Assembly: GCA_017461235.1 (NCBI GenBank)
Contig: JAFTYU010000009.1
Location: 8,177-72,176, forward strand
From: Clostridia bacterium
GTDB lineage: Bacteria > Bacillota > Clostridia > Oscillospirales > Acutalibacteraceae
Length of the DNA stretch: 64,000 nt
Reading direction: 5' to 3'
The notes under the pieces are model-generated. The model was not told the DNA's origin. It was given only the letters and a program-made list of their open reading frames with translations, and made no database searches. Numbering within the stretch: the stretch's first letter is position 1; each line of letters begins with the position of its first letter. Made by a program: the position numbers and the translations under genes. Below, in pieces: positions 37,533 to 46,803 of this stretch.

Positions 37533-38543
37533 TTACATTATATTCTGTGTGAGTATTATTTCGTTTTTGTCCGTAAACGTTGCGATGATTCCGTTTCGGT
37601 GAGCGGTGGAGAAAACAGATGCTTTTGCAACCATGGTTAAATTCCATTTAACGTTGGGATAGATTTTGCCGATTTGGTTAGTACATACTGCAATTTCGGG
37701 CTTCAACACCTGTAAAAAATCCTTTGAAGATGAGCCGAAGTAGCCGTGATGACCGATTTTTAATAAATCAACATCACCGATGCTTTCTGCATAATAATCT
37801 TCCAGCCCCGTTCCCGATGTGAAATCGGCAGCAAGAAATGCGTTTTTTTCACCTTTTGAGATTTTCACACCGATGCTGTTTGAGTTTTCGTCCTTTACAT
37901 CAATTTCTTCAGGTGTAGTGGCGTTAATGAACTGAACAGTAAAGTCGCCAAACGTGAATTGTTCTGAGGGAATATTCTGTATTACGGGAATATTTTTTTT
38001 GTTGAGTGCGGTTATAATGTTTTTGTACATTTCACCGTTACCCCAGTTTTCTTCATCCATTTTAAGGACTGAAGAAGAGTCATATTTTTTAATGTATGCT
38101 TTTTTGATGCGGATATCATCGCAGTTTATTATTTCGGTGAAATTTCCTGCGTGGTCATAGTGCATATGAGTGGCAAGAATAAAATCTAAATGCACTACGC
38201 CGTCTTCGTCAGATGCAACTTTTTTGATATAGTTTATAACTTCGTCGCGATAACCTTTGTATTCGGTATCTTTTCTCGGATTTTCGTTGCCTTCACCCGA
38301 ATCAACCAATGCAAAAAGTCCGTTGCTTTCTATTAAAATGCAGTCGGAATTGGAGGTGTTGAGAAAATGAATTTTGTCATCGCCCGTATTGCCTGAAAAA
38401 TCTTCATTTATAATTTCTGCTTTCGAAACATAAATGTTATCGAGCACAAGCACAACGGTGTCGAGAATGAAAACGCTGAGCATAACACCCGTAACCAACC
38501 AGGTTGCTATAACACGTGCAAGCTTCTTTTTATCCTTGATCAT
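37533..38543 (-). CDS. membrane-anchored MBL-fold metallo-hydrolase (ComEC C-terminal-domain-like)
   Basis: HMHYDH (HxHxDH) and a later HHG. N-terminal TM segment. Start at MIKDKKK, giving an ATGA overlap with the upstream gene. Confidence 0.75.
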   Translation of the reverse strand: MIKDKKKLARVIATWLVTGVMLSVFILDTVVLVLDNIYVSKAEIINEDFSGNTGDDKIHFLNTSNSDCILIESNGLFALVDSGEGNENPRKDTEYKGYRDEVINYIKKVASDEDGVVHLDFILATHMHYDHAGNFTEIINCDDIRIKKAYIKKYDSSSVLKMDEENWGNGEMYKNIITALNKKNIPVIQNIPSEQFTFGDFTVQFINATTPEEIDVKDENSNSIGVKISKGEKNAFLAADFTSGTGLEDYYAESIGDVDLLKIGHHGYFGSSSKDFLQVLKPEIAVCTNQIGKIYPNVKWNLTMVAKASVFSTAHRNGIIATFTDKNEIILTQNIM

Positions 38544-39694
38544 TCTGTGAACTCCTTTCTCGCCGAAGGAAGTTTTGCAGACAGAGCGCATACCGCAAGA
38601 CAAATGAGTACACTTGTGAAAACATCCGTCAGTACAAATGGTACGGCGCACACAAGCATAAGAAGTATTTCAGGAAATCTGCGTTCCTTAAAAATGCCTT
38701 TAAGTAATGCGAACGGTACGCTTTGCCAGGCGGCAACGATGAGCATTGAGCCTGCACTGTGTAAGGGGAGTCGTGATAAAGTGCTTGGGAAAAGGAATAC
38801 CGTTATAGCGATAATTATAACTGAAATGACGGCGGCAACAGCACCGTAACCCCTTATAAAATGTTTGCGTACAGGTAATCCCGATAATGCACCGTTTGCG
38901 CAATTCATTATGAAAACACCGTTTTTTTCGGTGTTGAAAATATAGAAAATAACTCCGAACCCTACTGCGCCTTTTATAATTAAAGGAATATCTCTTGATG
39001 ATATATTAAAAAAGTACTGTAATTCGCTTGCCGGAGCGCCTGCAAAAACAAGAGAGACCGACTCGTTTATGGTTGTGAGTTCTTTGTGTGGATTGAGAAA
39101 TAAGTTGAAAACAAAGGGAATAAGAATTGATACGAATGCACCGGGAATATATTTATTGAGCTTTTTGAATTTAAAAGGGAAGGTGATCATTGCAAAAAGA
39201 GTTATTGTGCCGTAGAAAAGACCTCTGAAATTGGGGTGAAAGCCTAATGAACGGAACTCTTTCAGCATTTCAAAGGGCGTTGATGACCCTGCACCGATTC
39301 CGAAATAGGCGTTGGTGAGAAGGATTGTTACACCCACCGTCAGACCCAGAGCCGCACCCGAAACAACAAAACGCGGAAGGGTACGGTTTTTAAAAAGCTT
39401 TGATATTGCGAGAAAAACCAGAGAACCACCCGTTATGGCGAGACCTGCCGCAAAGGGTGATCCGTTGCCTAATGTGAAAAACAAGGGTAAGGAAAGAAAA
39501 GCATCGGGAGCGAAAATACTTTGTTTATTTTTAATTGAAAAGATAAAGCACAACGTACAACAAATTAAAAAGGCGAGAAGACCCTGACCCGTAACGGCAC
39601 ATACGCACAGGGTATATGCACCTGTGAGCAATGCGCCGGTAAGACCAAAGCCCGGCTGTTGTTTTAAATTGTGTGAACACAAATTATTTTTCAT
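38540..39694 (-). CDS. polytopic permease, SulP-like core without a STAS domain
   Basis: 384 aa with about 11 TM segments and Gly-rich helices resembling the SulP transport domain. Weak call. Confidence 0.4.
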   Translation of the reverse strand: MKNNLCSHNLKQQPGFGLTGALLTGAYTLCVCAVTGQGLLAFLICCTLCFIFSIKNKQSIFAPDAFLSLPLFFTLGNGSPFAAGLAITGGSLVFLAISKLFKNRTLPRFVVSGAALGLTVGVTILLTNAYFGIGAGSSTPFEMLKEFRSLGFHPNFRGLFYGTITLFAMITFPFKFKKLNKYIPGAFVSILIPFVFNLFLNPHKELTTINESVSLVFAGAPASELQYFFNISSRDIPLIIKGAVGFGVIFYIFNTEKNGVFIMNCANGALSGLPVRKHFIRGYGAVAAVISVIIIAITVFLFPSTLSRLPLHSAGSMLIVAAWQSVPFALLKGIFKERRFPEILLMLVCAVPFVLTDVFTSVLICLAVCALSAKLPSARKEFTE

Positions 39695-39806
39695 AATTCA
39701 CCTTTATGTTACGTAATGTTTTTAGTATTTTACAATAATAAACTGAAATAAACAATAGTGATAATGAAATTTATTGATTATAAAATTTACATTTGTTTTA
39801 AAAATG

Positions 39807-39835
39807 TTGACATTTACGCTAACTTAATTTATAAT
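39807..39835 (+). promoter_or_regulatory. consensus sigma-A promoter
   Basis: TTGACA (39807-39812), a 17-nt spacer, then TATAAT (39830-39835). Confidence 0.7.
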
Positions 39836-39877
39836 AATGTGGACAAAATGCGAAAAAAGGAACGGAGTGTGCATGTT

Positions 39878-40834
39878 ATGAATATGACACCTATTAAAAA
39901 ATTTGTAATTGGCATTGCTGTAGTGTGCGTTGCTTTGACTATTGTTACTTCAAACAGTCTTTCTGCCGTATTTATGCTTATGGCTGCAAGAAACAATCAG
40001 GCAAAATTTGAGAACGCTGTTGTTCAGCAGGACTCAGGCAACGGTGGTTCAACAATCTCAAACAATAATTCTACAAACCAGGGCAATACATCATCCGGTA
40101 ACGTTGCTACAACACCCGGTACATCAGGTTCAACCGGTTCATCACAGGGTTCACAGAGCACCCAGACACCCGGTTCTGACGATAAAGCACCTGCTGATAA
40201 CAGCGGTAACAGCGGTTCTTCAACAGATGCAGGCGCATCACAGGAAGACGGTCTTAAAATGTATGTTGATGCATTGAATAAAGCTAAATCATCAGCAACA
40301 CAGGTTGTTAAAACAAAAACAAGTGCATCCCACTATAAAGAGCACCTTGTAATTGACGGTAATGCAATTATTAAAGCAACTCTTGAGCCTATCGGTAAGA
40401 GCCTTATGGGTACATTTATGAAAGCATCTGAACCCAACGAGACTATCGATAAAAATGCACTTCCGCCTCAGAATATTCAGTGCACACTTACAAACGCGGA
40501 TCTTCAGGAAGATCCCAAGGTTGAAAAATCCGGTGATAATACTGTTATTACATTGGTTCTCAAGGGTGAAAGAGATCCCAAAGCAGGCAGCGGCTTAGGT
40601 TCTGCAATTTCCATAATTGAAGATAAGACAATTACCGATGCTGTTGCAGGCGCTATTGAGATTTCTAATATTCATCTTGATTATGATGCTTGTACAATTA
40701 TCGCGACTCTTGATGCTTCAGGCAATCTTGTAGGTCTTTCAGTTAATGCTCCCTGTATTCTTAAGCTTACTACAATGGGTGTTAATGCCGAAGTAGGTAT
40801 TGAATGCTACGATGAATTCACTATCGCTTATTAA
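39878..40834 (+). CDS. secreted/anchored hypothetical protein with a Ser/Gly/Thr/Asn-rich linker
   Basis: Start moved downstream of the promoter to MNMTPIKK (Shine-Dalgarno AAGGAACGGAG). Signal-anchor, then a low-complexity region, then a globular C-terminal domain. Confidence 0.6.
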   Translation: MNMTPIKKFVIGIAVVCVALTIVTSNSLSAVFMLMAARNNQAKFENAVVQQDSGNGGSTISNNNSTNQGNTSSGNVATTPGTSGSTGSSQGSQSTQTPGSDDKAPADNSGNSGSSTDAGASQEDGLKMYVDALNKAKSSATQVVKTKTSASHYKEHLVIDGNAIIKATLEPIGKSLMGTFMKASEPNETIDKNALPPQNIQCTLTNADLQEDPKVEKSGDNTVITLVLKGERDPKAGSGLGSAISIIEDKTITDAVAGAIEISNIHLDYDACTIIATLDASGNLVGLSVNAPCILKLTTMGVNAEVGIECYDEFTIAY

Positions 40835-40853
40835 TTCAGATAATACATAATCG

Positions 40854-40885
40854 AAACACCGTCTCAGGACGGTGTTTTGTTTACT
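40854..40885 (+). terminator. rho-independent terminator
   Basis: AAACACCGTC-tcag-GACGGTGTTT followed by TGTTTACTTTT. Confidence 0.85.
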
Positions 40886-40912
40886 TTTATTTTTTGAAAA
40901 AGGATGGTTTGT

Positions 40913-41719
40913 ATGGCTTCGTTTTGCGATGATGTTATAACCGAAGAAGGCATAAAAGCATATTTGAAGGGCGATTTAAAAGATAAAGTCAACGCAGAGA
41001 TTGTGTCGGTGGCAACGTCAACAAACGATATTGTTAAAAAGCGTGGTTCTGAAGGGGAAAAAGAATATTTTTTATTTGCAGCGGGGTCACAGACTCAGGG
41101 CAAGGGCAGAATGGGGCGCAGCTTCTTTTCGCCGGATGATACGGGAGTGTATTTCAGCCTGCTTTTAAAACCTGTTCTGCAACCGTCACAGGCGGTGCTT
41201 ATAACTACTGCGGCGGCGGTAAGTGTATGCGAAAGTCTGGAAAAACTCGGTGTACAGAACCCACAGATAAAATGGGTCAATGATATTTTTGTTAACGGAA
41301 AAAAGGTTTGCGGTATCCTGACAGAAGCGAGCTTCAATAGTGAAAACGGTACGCTTGACTACGCTGTTCTGGGCGTGGGTATAAATATATATTTGCCAAA
41401 AGACGGTTTCCCGCAGGATATCGAAGATGTTGCCGGTGCTGTTTTTTCTGAAAAACAGAATGATTTAAGAAATAAATTCATCGCATATTTCATAAATTCT
41501 TTTTATGATTATTATTGCCGGCTTGAAAGAAAAATACATTGCCCTGAATATGAGCGCAGGTGTATGGTTACGGGCAAGGATATTTTCGTAATATCCGCCG
41601 GGGAAAAAAAGCCTGCTAAAGCCCTGGGGGTTGATGAAAACTGCGGTCTTGTGGTTGTTTTTGACAACGGAGAAAGGGCAGTTCTCAGCTCCGGAGAGAT
41701 ATCAATACGGCTCGGATAG
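40913..41719 (+). CDS. birA: biotin--[acetyl-CoA-carboxylase] ligase (class I, no HTH domain)
   Basis: GKGRMGRSF motif and KWVNDI. An alternative ATG lies at 40904. Confidence 0.85.
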   Translation: MASFCDDVITEEGIKAYLKGDLKDKVNAEIVSVATSTNDIVKKRGSEGEKEYFLFAAGSQTQGKGRMGRSFFSPDDTGVYFSLLLKPVLQPSQAVLITTAAAVSVCESLEKLGVQNPQIKWVNDIFVNGKKVCGILTEASFNSENGTLDYAVLGVGINIYLPKDGFPQDIEDVAGAVFSEKQNDLRNKFIAYFINSFYDYYCRLERKIHCPEYERRCMVTGKDIFVISAGEKKPAKALGVDENCGLVVVFDNGERAVLSSGEISIRLG

Positions 41720-41879
41720 CAAAAATTATTCACTTTCAACAATAAATGTACCCCTAAAATCGTCAAAGTCTATGGTTAAAAATTTATTATTACTATTGCA
41801 TTTGAGAGATTTATATGGTAAAATCAGTTTGTATATATGGTAGTATATAATGCTATTAGTATCTAATAGGAGGATTATT

Positions 41880-43574
41880 ATGAAAGCAACCAAGAAAATT
41901 GTTTGCCTCGCTCTTGCGATTGTTATGACAGCTCTTGCTTTCGTTATGCCTGTTGTTGCGGCTGACGAAGCTCCTCTCGTAATAGTTGACGGCATCAATT
42001 CAACAAGGCTTTACACAGATTTCGGTACAGAAAACCAGAAGGAGGCATTCTTCGGTAGTGATACTGATATTGAAGCAATGATTACTGACGTGGGCGGTGC
42101 CTTTGTCGGCGGTCTCGTTAAATACGGCTACAACAATAAAGATTTCGAGGCTTTCGGAAATACTTTTATCCCCGCACTCAATAAATATTTTGAGCCTATC
42201 GCTTACAATACAGACGGTACTCCCAAGCACGAATTAGGTTTCTATGAAACAAAGAAAACTATTTCTGAGTACACTGAAGAAGAAAGAGCAACTCTTTTCA
42301 CCTCTTTTGTTCTTGAAACTGCTAAAAAGTACGGTGAAGACAATACCTACAGCTTTAGCTATGACTGGACAAAGAGCCCCGTTGAAGTTGCTAAAGAACT
42401 TAATACCTTCATCAACTACGTAAGAGCTGAAGAAGGTTGCAAGAAGGTTAACGTTGCAGCTATGAGTATGGGTTCTGTAATTATGCTTTCATACTTGGCA
42501 GAGTACGGCGGCAAGCGCATTAACAACTGCGTATTTGCTTCACCTGCATGGCAGGGTACAAGTATTGTAGGTAACCTTTTCACAGGCAATATTGAAATTG
42601 ATATTTTTGCAGTTGAAAACTACCTTGTTAAATCTGCAGATATGAGTGCAACAACTCACCTTACTGCTTATATTATTTCGTTCATCGCAAGTTACGAGGG
42701 TCTTTCACACGAGTACTTCGGTGATATCAATGCAGCAATTCAGGGTGTTAACCCTTACCTTTACAGAGATAGCATTATTCCTCTTATGGCAGGTATGCCC
42801 GGTTTGTGGAGCCTTGTTCCTGCGGAAGATTTTGAAGCAGCTAAAAAGTTCCTTTTCCCCGAAGGCATTGACCCGAATCTTGAGGCAATTATTGATCCTT
42901 ACTATGAGATTCAGACTAATGCAAAGCAGATTATCGAAGATGCTGAAGATGACGGTATGAGATTTGGTATCGTTTGCGGTTACAACCGTCAGATGGTTCC
43001 GATCAGTTCAGAATATGAACAGAGCGACGAAGTTATCGACGTTAAGTATATGACCGGTGGTGCAACTTGTGCTCTTTACCTTCAGGCTTATGATGATTGG
43101 GGTCAGATTTACACACAGAAAAATAAAGACGGCCACAATCACGTATCATGGGATTACAAGATAGATGCATCTACATGTATGTTCCCTGAACAGACATGGC
43201 TTATTAAGAATATGAGCCACAGCGATTACAATGCTGATAACGGAACTCTTGATACAGTTATCTGGCTTCTTAAAGCAGACAAACAGTACACAGTTCACAC
43301 TGATAAAGAAAATCATCCTCAGTTCTCACTTTACAACACATACAAGAGACACGTAACACCTATCATTTTGGATGGTCTTCTTGGTGATGTTGACAACAGT
43401 GGTGCAGTTAACACATTGGATGCTAAACTTGCTCTCAAAATCGCATCAGGTCAGGTTAAGGCTACCGAATATCACCTTGAAGTAGGCGATATCGATGAAG
43501 ATGGCGAGATTACAACTGTTGATGTTAGATATATTCTTCACATCGCAGGCGAAATTCCTTACGTAATTGCTTAA
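41880..43574 (+). CDS. secreted alpha/beta-hydrolase (lipase/esterase-like) with a C-terminal type I dockerin
   Basis: Signal peptide, nucleophile-elbow-like AAMSMGS, and two dockerin Ca-loops (GDVDNSGAVNTLD and GDIDEDGEITTVD). Confidence 0.75.
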   Translation: MKATKKIVCLALAIVMTALAFVMPVVAADEAPLVIVDGINSTRLYTDFGTENQKEAFFGSDTDIEAMITDVGGAFVGGLVKYGYNNKDFEAFGNTFIPALNKYFEPIAYNTDGTPKHELGFYETKKTISEYTEEERATLFTSFVLETAKKYGEDNTYSFSYDWTKSPVEVAKELNTFINYVRAEEGCKKVNVAAMSMGSVIMLSYLAEYGGKRINNCVFASPAWQGTSIVGNLFTGNIEIDIFAVENYLVKSADMSATTHLTAYIISFIASYEGLSHEYFGDINAAIQGVNPYLYRDSIIPLMAGMPGLWSLVPAEDFEAAKKFLFPEGIDPNLEAIIDPYYEIQTNAKQIIEDAEDDGMRFGIVCGYNRQMVPISSEYEQSDEVIDVKYMTGGATCALYLQAYDDWGQIYTQKNKDGHNHVSWDYKIDASTCMFPEQTWLIKNMSHSDYNADNGTLDTVIWLLKADKQYTVHTDKENHPQFSLYNTYKRHVTPIILDGLLGDVDNSGAVNTLDAKLALKIASGQVKATEYHLEVGDIDEDGEITTVDVRYILHIAGEIPYVIA

Positions 43575-43584
43575 TTGAAAACAC

Positions 43585-43620
43585 AACCCCGATTCAAACG
43601 AATCGGGGTTCTTTTTGTTT
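43585..43620. terminator. rho-independent terminator between convergent genes
   Basis: AACCCCGATTC-aaac-GAATCGGGGTT followed by CTTTTTGTTT. Confidence 0.85.
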
Positions 43621-43623
43621 AAA

Positions 43624-46050
43624 TTATTTTAATTTAATAACAAGGTTTATAACGTTCTTTGCGGTTCTCTGCATTTCACCAAGGGTAATTCCGTCCGGCT
43701 TACCATATGTGTTAAGCAGCGTGCCGTCGCTTTTTTTTCTTCCTGTGCGTTTTCCGCCGGGCATAAGCACATCTACACCTGACCTTACGCGGTATGCGTT
43801 ATCTTTGATTTGCGGAAACTCGGGACTGTTGGTGTACTGCATCCACCAGTCGGTCATAACGAGTCCGTCGTAATTCCATTCCTGCCTTAAAATACGGATG
43901 CAAAGGTCATAGTGATAATGAGCCCAGACCCCGTTTATTTTATTATAAGACGTCATAAGGGTCAGGGGGCGTGCTTCTTTTATGCAAATTTCAAAACCCT
44001 TGAGATATATTTCACGCAATGCTCTTTCGGAAAGTCGGGAATCATTTTTGTTTCTGTTTGTTTCCTGATTGTTGCAGGCAAAGTGCTTGGGACAAGCGGC
44101 AACACCTTCGCTTTGTAATCCCTTTACAACGGCGGCAGCAGTTTTACCGGTTAAAAGCGGGTCTTCGGAGTAATATTCAAAGTTTCTGCCGCAAAGAGGG
44201 TTGCGGTGGATATTCATACCCGGCGCTAAAAGTATATCAGAGCCTTTTGCCTTCATTTCGCAACCGACCATTTTGTAGACATGGTATGCTAAATCTGTGT
44301 TCCACATAGACGCAATGGATGTGCCTGAAGGAAGTAACGAGCAACAGGCAAGAAGTCTTATGCCCGAAGGACCGTCAGTAGTGGTAAGTGGAGAAATACC
44401 CATATCTCTTAAGGATGGGAGCACACCGCCCATAACTCCTGCGTTACCCTTTGCTCCTAAAGGACTGTTCATAATATATGCACCGCGGCTTATGGCTTCA
44501 AGCTCTGTGGGCGTAAGTTGAGCAACAAAGCCTTCAATGTTTTCTTTTCCTTTTTTTACATCATCCAATGTGATGTTTCGTTTTTGGGTTAAACCAAAAT
44601 CACGGGGGAGTTCTGCAGTAATAATCTCTTTCAGATTATTGGTGGTTACGGGTGTGTTTTCGTATTCTTTTGTCAATTTGCCGTTAGTCTCTTTTGCAGT
44701 GAGTCTTTTGAAGCTCGCTGTAGGTGCGGCAACTTCTTTAAGGGTTTCCGTTACAATATCGTTATCAATAGTAAATGAATATATTTTTTCGGCACTGCGA
44801 ACGTCGCCGCCGAGATAAACATTATATTCTCCTTTTTCGATTATGTAAGATGATTTATAGGGTGTTTTACCGCTGTCATCGTAAGAAGCGAAAGTGTGGA
44901 AAGGGATGACAAAATCAATTTGCTGTTCTTCGCCACAGTCGAGAATATTGGTTTTTTGAAATGCACACAAAGTTCTTGCAGACTTTCCGAGTATTCCTTG
45001 TGGAGCTTCAATGTAAATCTGACAGACATCCTTTGAAGAGTGGGCTTTACCTATGTTTTTTACGTTGATTTTGAGCGAAAGCGAGTTTTCCGAAACATCA
45101 GCTTCAATAAGACGGCGACTGAATGGGGAGAACCCTAAACCAAACCCGAAAGGATAAAGAACAGCATCCCTATTGAAGGTTTCAAAGTAGCGGTAGCCTA
45201 CGAATATATCTTCGGTGTAGTTGTTGAATTCTCTGTCACCGAAGCTTTTGGATGAAGGATAGTCTTCATAATTTTGAGCAATGGTGTCGGTCAGTCTGCC
45301 GGAAGGCTCTTTTTTACCTGAAAGGATTTCGGCGACGGCGTTACCGCTTTCCATACCACTCTGCCAAGGAATGAGAATAGCGCTGTCGCCTTTGAGAAGT
45401 TCTTTTTCCCAACTCATATCAATAATACTGCCGATATCGAGAATCACAACCGTCTTTTTGAACGCCTCGGATACTCTTGAAACAAGAGATTTTTCATCAT
45501 CGGTAAGATAAAAACTACCTTTTGTCAAGGTGTTTTCACGGTCTTCTCCTGCGGCTCTGCCGATGACGACAACGGCGCAATCGGATTTTTTTGCGGCATT
45601 GTTTATTAAAGCGGTGTCAATGGGCATTTCTTCATAATAATGGGGCCAATGTCCCCAGAATCCGTGGTCAGGGGGATTCTTTTTACACCAATTATCATAT
45701 ATTGCGGCAAGCTCTTCGTTAATAGAAACATTGTTGTTGCGAAGACCTTCAATGAGATTAACGGTGTAAGGTTTTATGACGTCACCGCCCGAGCCGTAAC
45801 CAACATAGATATAGTCATTCTGTACTCTGCCGAAAACGGAAATAACATCAGTTTCTTTTAAAGGTAAAACGCCGTCATTGCGTAAAAGTACAGAACCTTC
45901 TGCGGCGGCTTCCCTTAAAAGTTCGGGCATACCTTCGGTTACATCTTTCGGCATACCGTCGGCACCGATTGCCTCGTTCTGACCGAGCTTGTTTACAACC
46001 TTTCCTATGGTGTTAAAAAGTTTTCGCTTGGCTTTTTCAGTAACGTTCAT
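43624..46050 (-). CDS. glycoside hydrolase family 3 enzyme (beta-glucosidase-like) with permuted domain order
   Basis: The alpha/beta-sandwich signature (EGSVLLRNDGVLPL) is N-terminal. The barrel signatures (KHF...; nucleophile GLVMTDWW) are C-terminal. Start at the ATG 7 nt after GGAGGTG. Confidence 0.85.
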   Translation of the reverse strand: MNVTEKAKRKLFNTIGKVVNKLGQNEAIGADGMPKDVTEGMPELLREAAAEGSVLLRNDGVLPLKETDVISVFGRVQNDYIYVGYGSGGDVIKPYTVNLIEGLRNNNVSINEELAAIYDNWCKKNPPDHGFWGHWPHYYEEMPIDTALINNAAKKSDCAVVVIGRAAGEDRENTLTKGSFYLTDDEKSLVSRVSEAFKKTVVILDIGSIIDMSWEKELLKGDSAILIPWQSGMESGNAVAEILSGKKEPSGRLTDTIAQNYEDYPSSKSFGDREFNNYTEDIFVGYRYFETFNRDAVLYPFGFGLGFSPFSRRLIEADVSENSLSLKINVKNIGKAHSSKDVCQIYIEAPQGILGKSARTLCAFQKTNILDCGEEQQIDFVIPFHTFASYDDSGKTPYKSSYIIEKGEYNVYLGGDVRSAEKIYSFTIDNDIVTETLKEVAAPTASFKRLTAKETNGKLTKEYENTPVTTNNLKEIITAELPRDFGLTQKRNITLDDVKKGKENIEGFVAQLTPTELEAISRGAYIMNSPLGAKGNAGVMGGVLPSLRDMGISPLTTTDGPSGIRLLACCSLLPSGTSIASMWNTDLAYHVYKMVGCEMKAKGSDILLAPGMNIHRNPLCGRNFEYYSEDPLLTGKTAAAVVKGLQSEGVAACPKHFACNNQETNRNKNDSRLSERALREIYLKGFEICIKEARPLTLMTSYNKINGVWAHYHYDLCIRILRQEWNYDGLVMTDWWMQYTNSPEFPQIKDNAYRVRSGVDVLMPGGKRTGRKKSDGTLLNTYGKPDGITLGEMQRTAKNVINLVIKLK

Positions 46051-46073
46051 CACCAACACCTCCGTATAAATGA

Positions 46074-46102
46074 ATTATACATTTTTAATATGTCAAGGTC
46101 AA
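46074..46102 (-). promoter_or_regulatory. promoter candidate for the GH3 gene
   Basis: On the minus strand: TTGACC, a 17-nt spacer, then TG-n-TATAAT. Confidence 0.55.
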
Positions 46103-46220
46103 CAGGGGCGGGAGAAATAAAAAAGTGAAGCTTATCGCCACTTTTCCTTCTTTGAGACGGACATCAGTGCCCTGGGTGGCTGGTAATTGTTGAAACCGAT
46201 AATATGGATACCGCAAAATC

Positions 46221-46646
46221 TTAAGGGATTTGACCTATTAGGTCAGGACTGTGTTGATATTCGTATATTTCAACAATAGCATTGATTTCCTTATGCTTTT
46301 TTATACCGCTAAGTTTGCATTCATAGGCAAGTCGTTGCATAACAGACGATGCAGTTTTTATGTCATTTTTTGATAAGGTAAATGCAGTAACCGCAGAGTT
46401 GCTGTTTTCCGTAGCGCAAAGTCTTTTGTTATTAAGTATAAACAAATATTTTTCATTTGAAAAAAACTTGCGCCGGATTTTTTCAATTCCTGTGATATCA
46501 TCAAAGAAAAACTCCATATTTATCAAGCCGTTAACACTGTAACGGAAACCGTGTCTTTTAAGAATGATTTTTCTGTTTTTAAAATCTATTGTACAACTTT
46601 CAGTATTATTGCCGTTCTTGAACGAGAAAGTCACGATGTTATCCAT
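46221..46646 (-). CDS. hypothetical cytoplasmic protein (141 aa)
   Basis: ATG (MDNIVTF) lies 9 nt after GGAG. The longer ORF in the track begins inside the leader terminator hairpin. No recognisable motif. Confidence 0.55.
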   Translation of the reverse strand: MDNIVTFSFKNGNNTESCTIDFKNRKIILKRHGFRYSVNGLINMEFFFDDITGIEKIRRKFFSNEKYLFILNNKRLCATENSNSAVTAFTLSKNDIKTASSVMQRLAYECKLSGIKKHKEINAIVEIYEYQHSPDLIGQIP

Positions 46647-46660
46647 TATATTCGCTCCAT

Positions 46661-46716
46661 AAAAAGTGTGTGCAACCGAAGATACATACACCGAAAAATG
46701 CAAACTTCAAGTTGCT
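46661..46716 (-). promoter_or_regulatory. conserved leader element, copy 1 (intrinsic terminator hairpin with UUCG loop plus upstream box) in the 5' UTR
   Basis: About 50 of 56 positions match 51790-51846 by hand alignment. On the minus strand, a hairpin at 46666-46691 is followed by TTTTT, directly before the Shine-Dalgarno. Confidence 0.6.
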
Positions 46717-46735
46717 GTTTAACCAAAACTCATAT

Positions 46736-46755
46736 ATTAACCGATATTGGTTAAT
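46736..46755. promoter_or_regulatory. 20-bp near-palindromic operator candidate (ATTAACCGATATTGGTTAAT)
   Basis: 18 of 20 positions are self-complementary. It sits just downstream of the minus-strand -10 and overlaps the plus-strand -35 region. Confidence 0.6.
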
Positions 46756-46758
46756 ATG

Positions 46759-46787
46759 ATTATATACCGTTTTCGGTTAATATTCAA
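46759..46787 (-). promoter_or_regulatory. promoter of the 141-aa gene
   Basis: On the minus strand: TTGAAT (46782-46787), a 17-nt spacer containing ATTAACCGAAAACGG, then TATAAT (46759-46764). Confidence 0.65.
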
Positions 46788-46803
46788 GTAGGGAGTGATA
46801 AAA

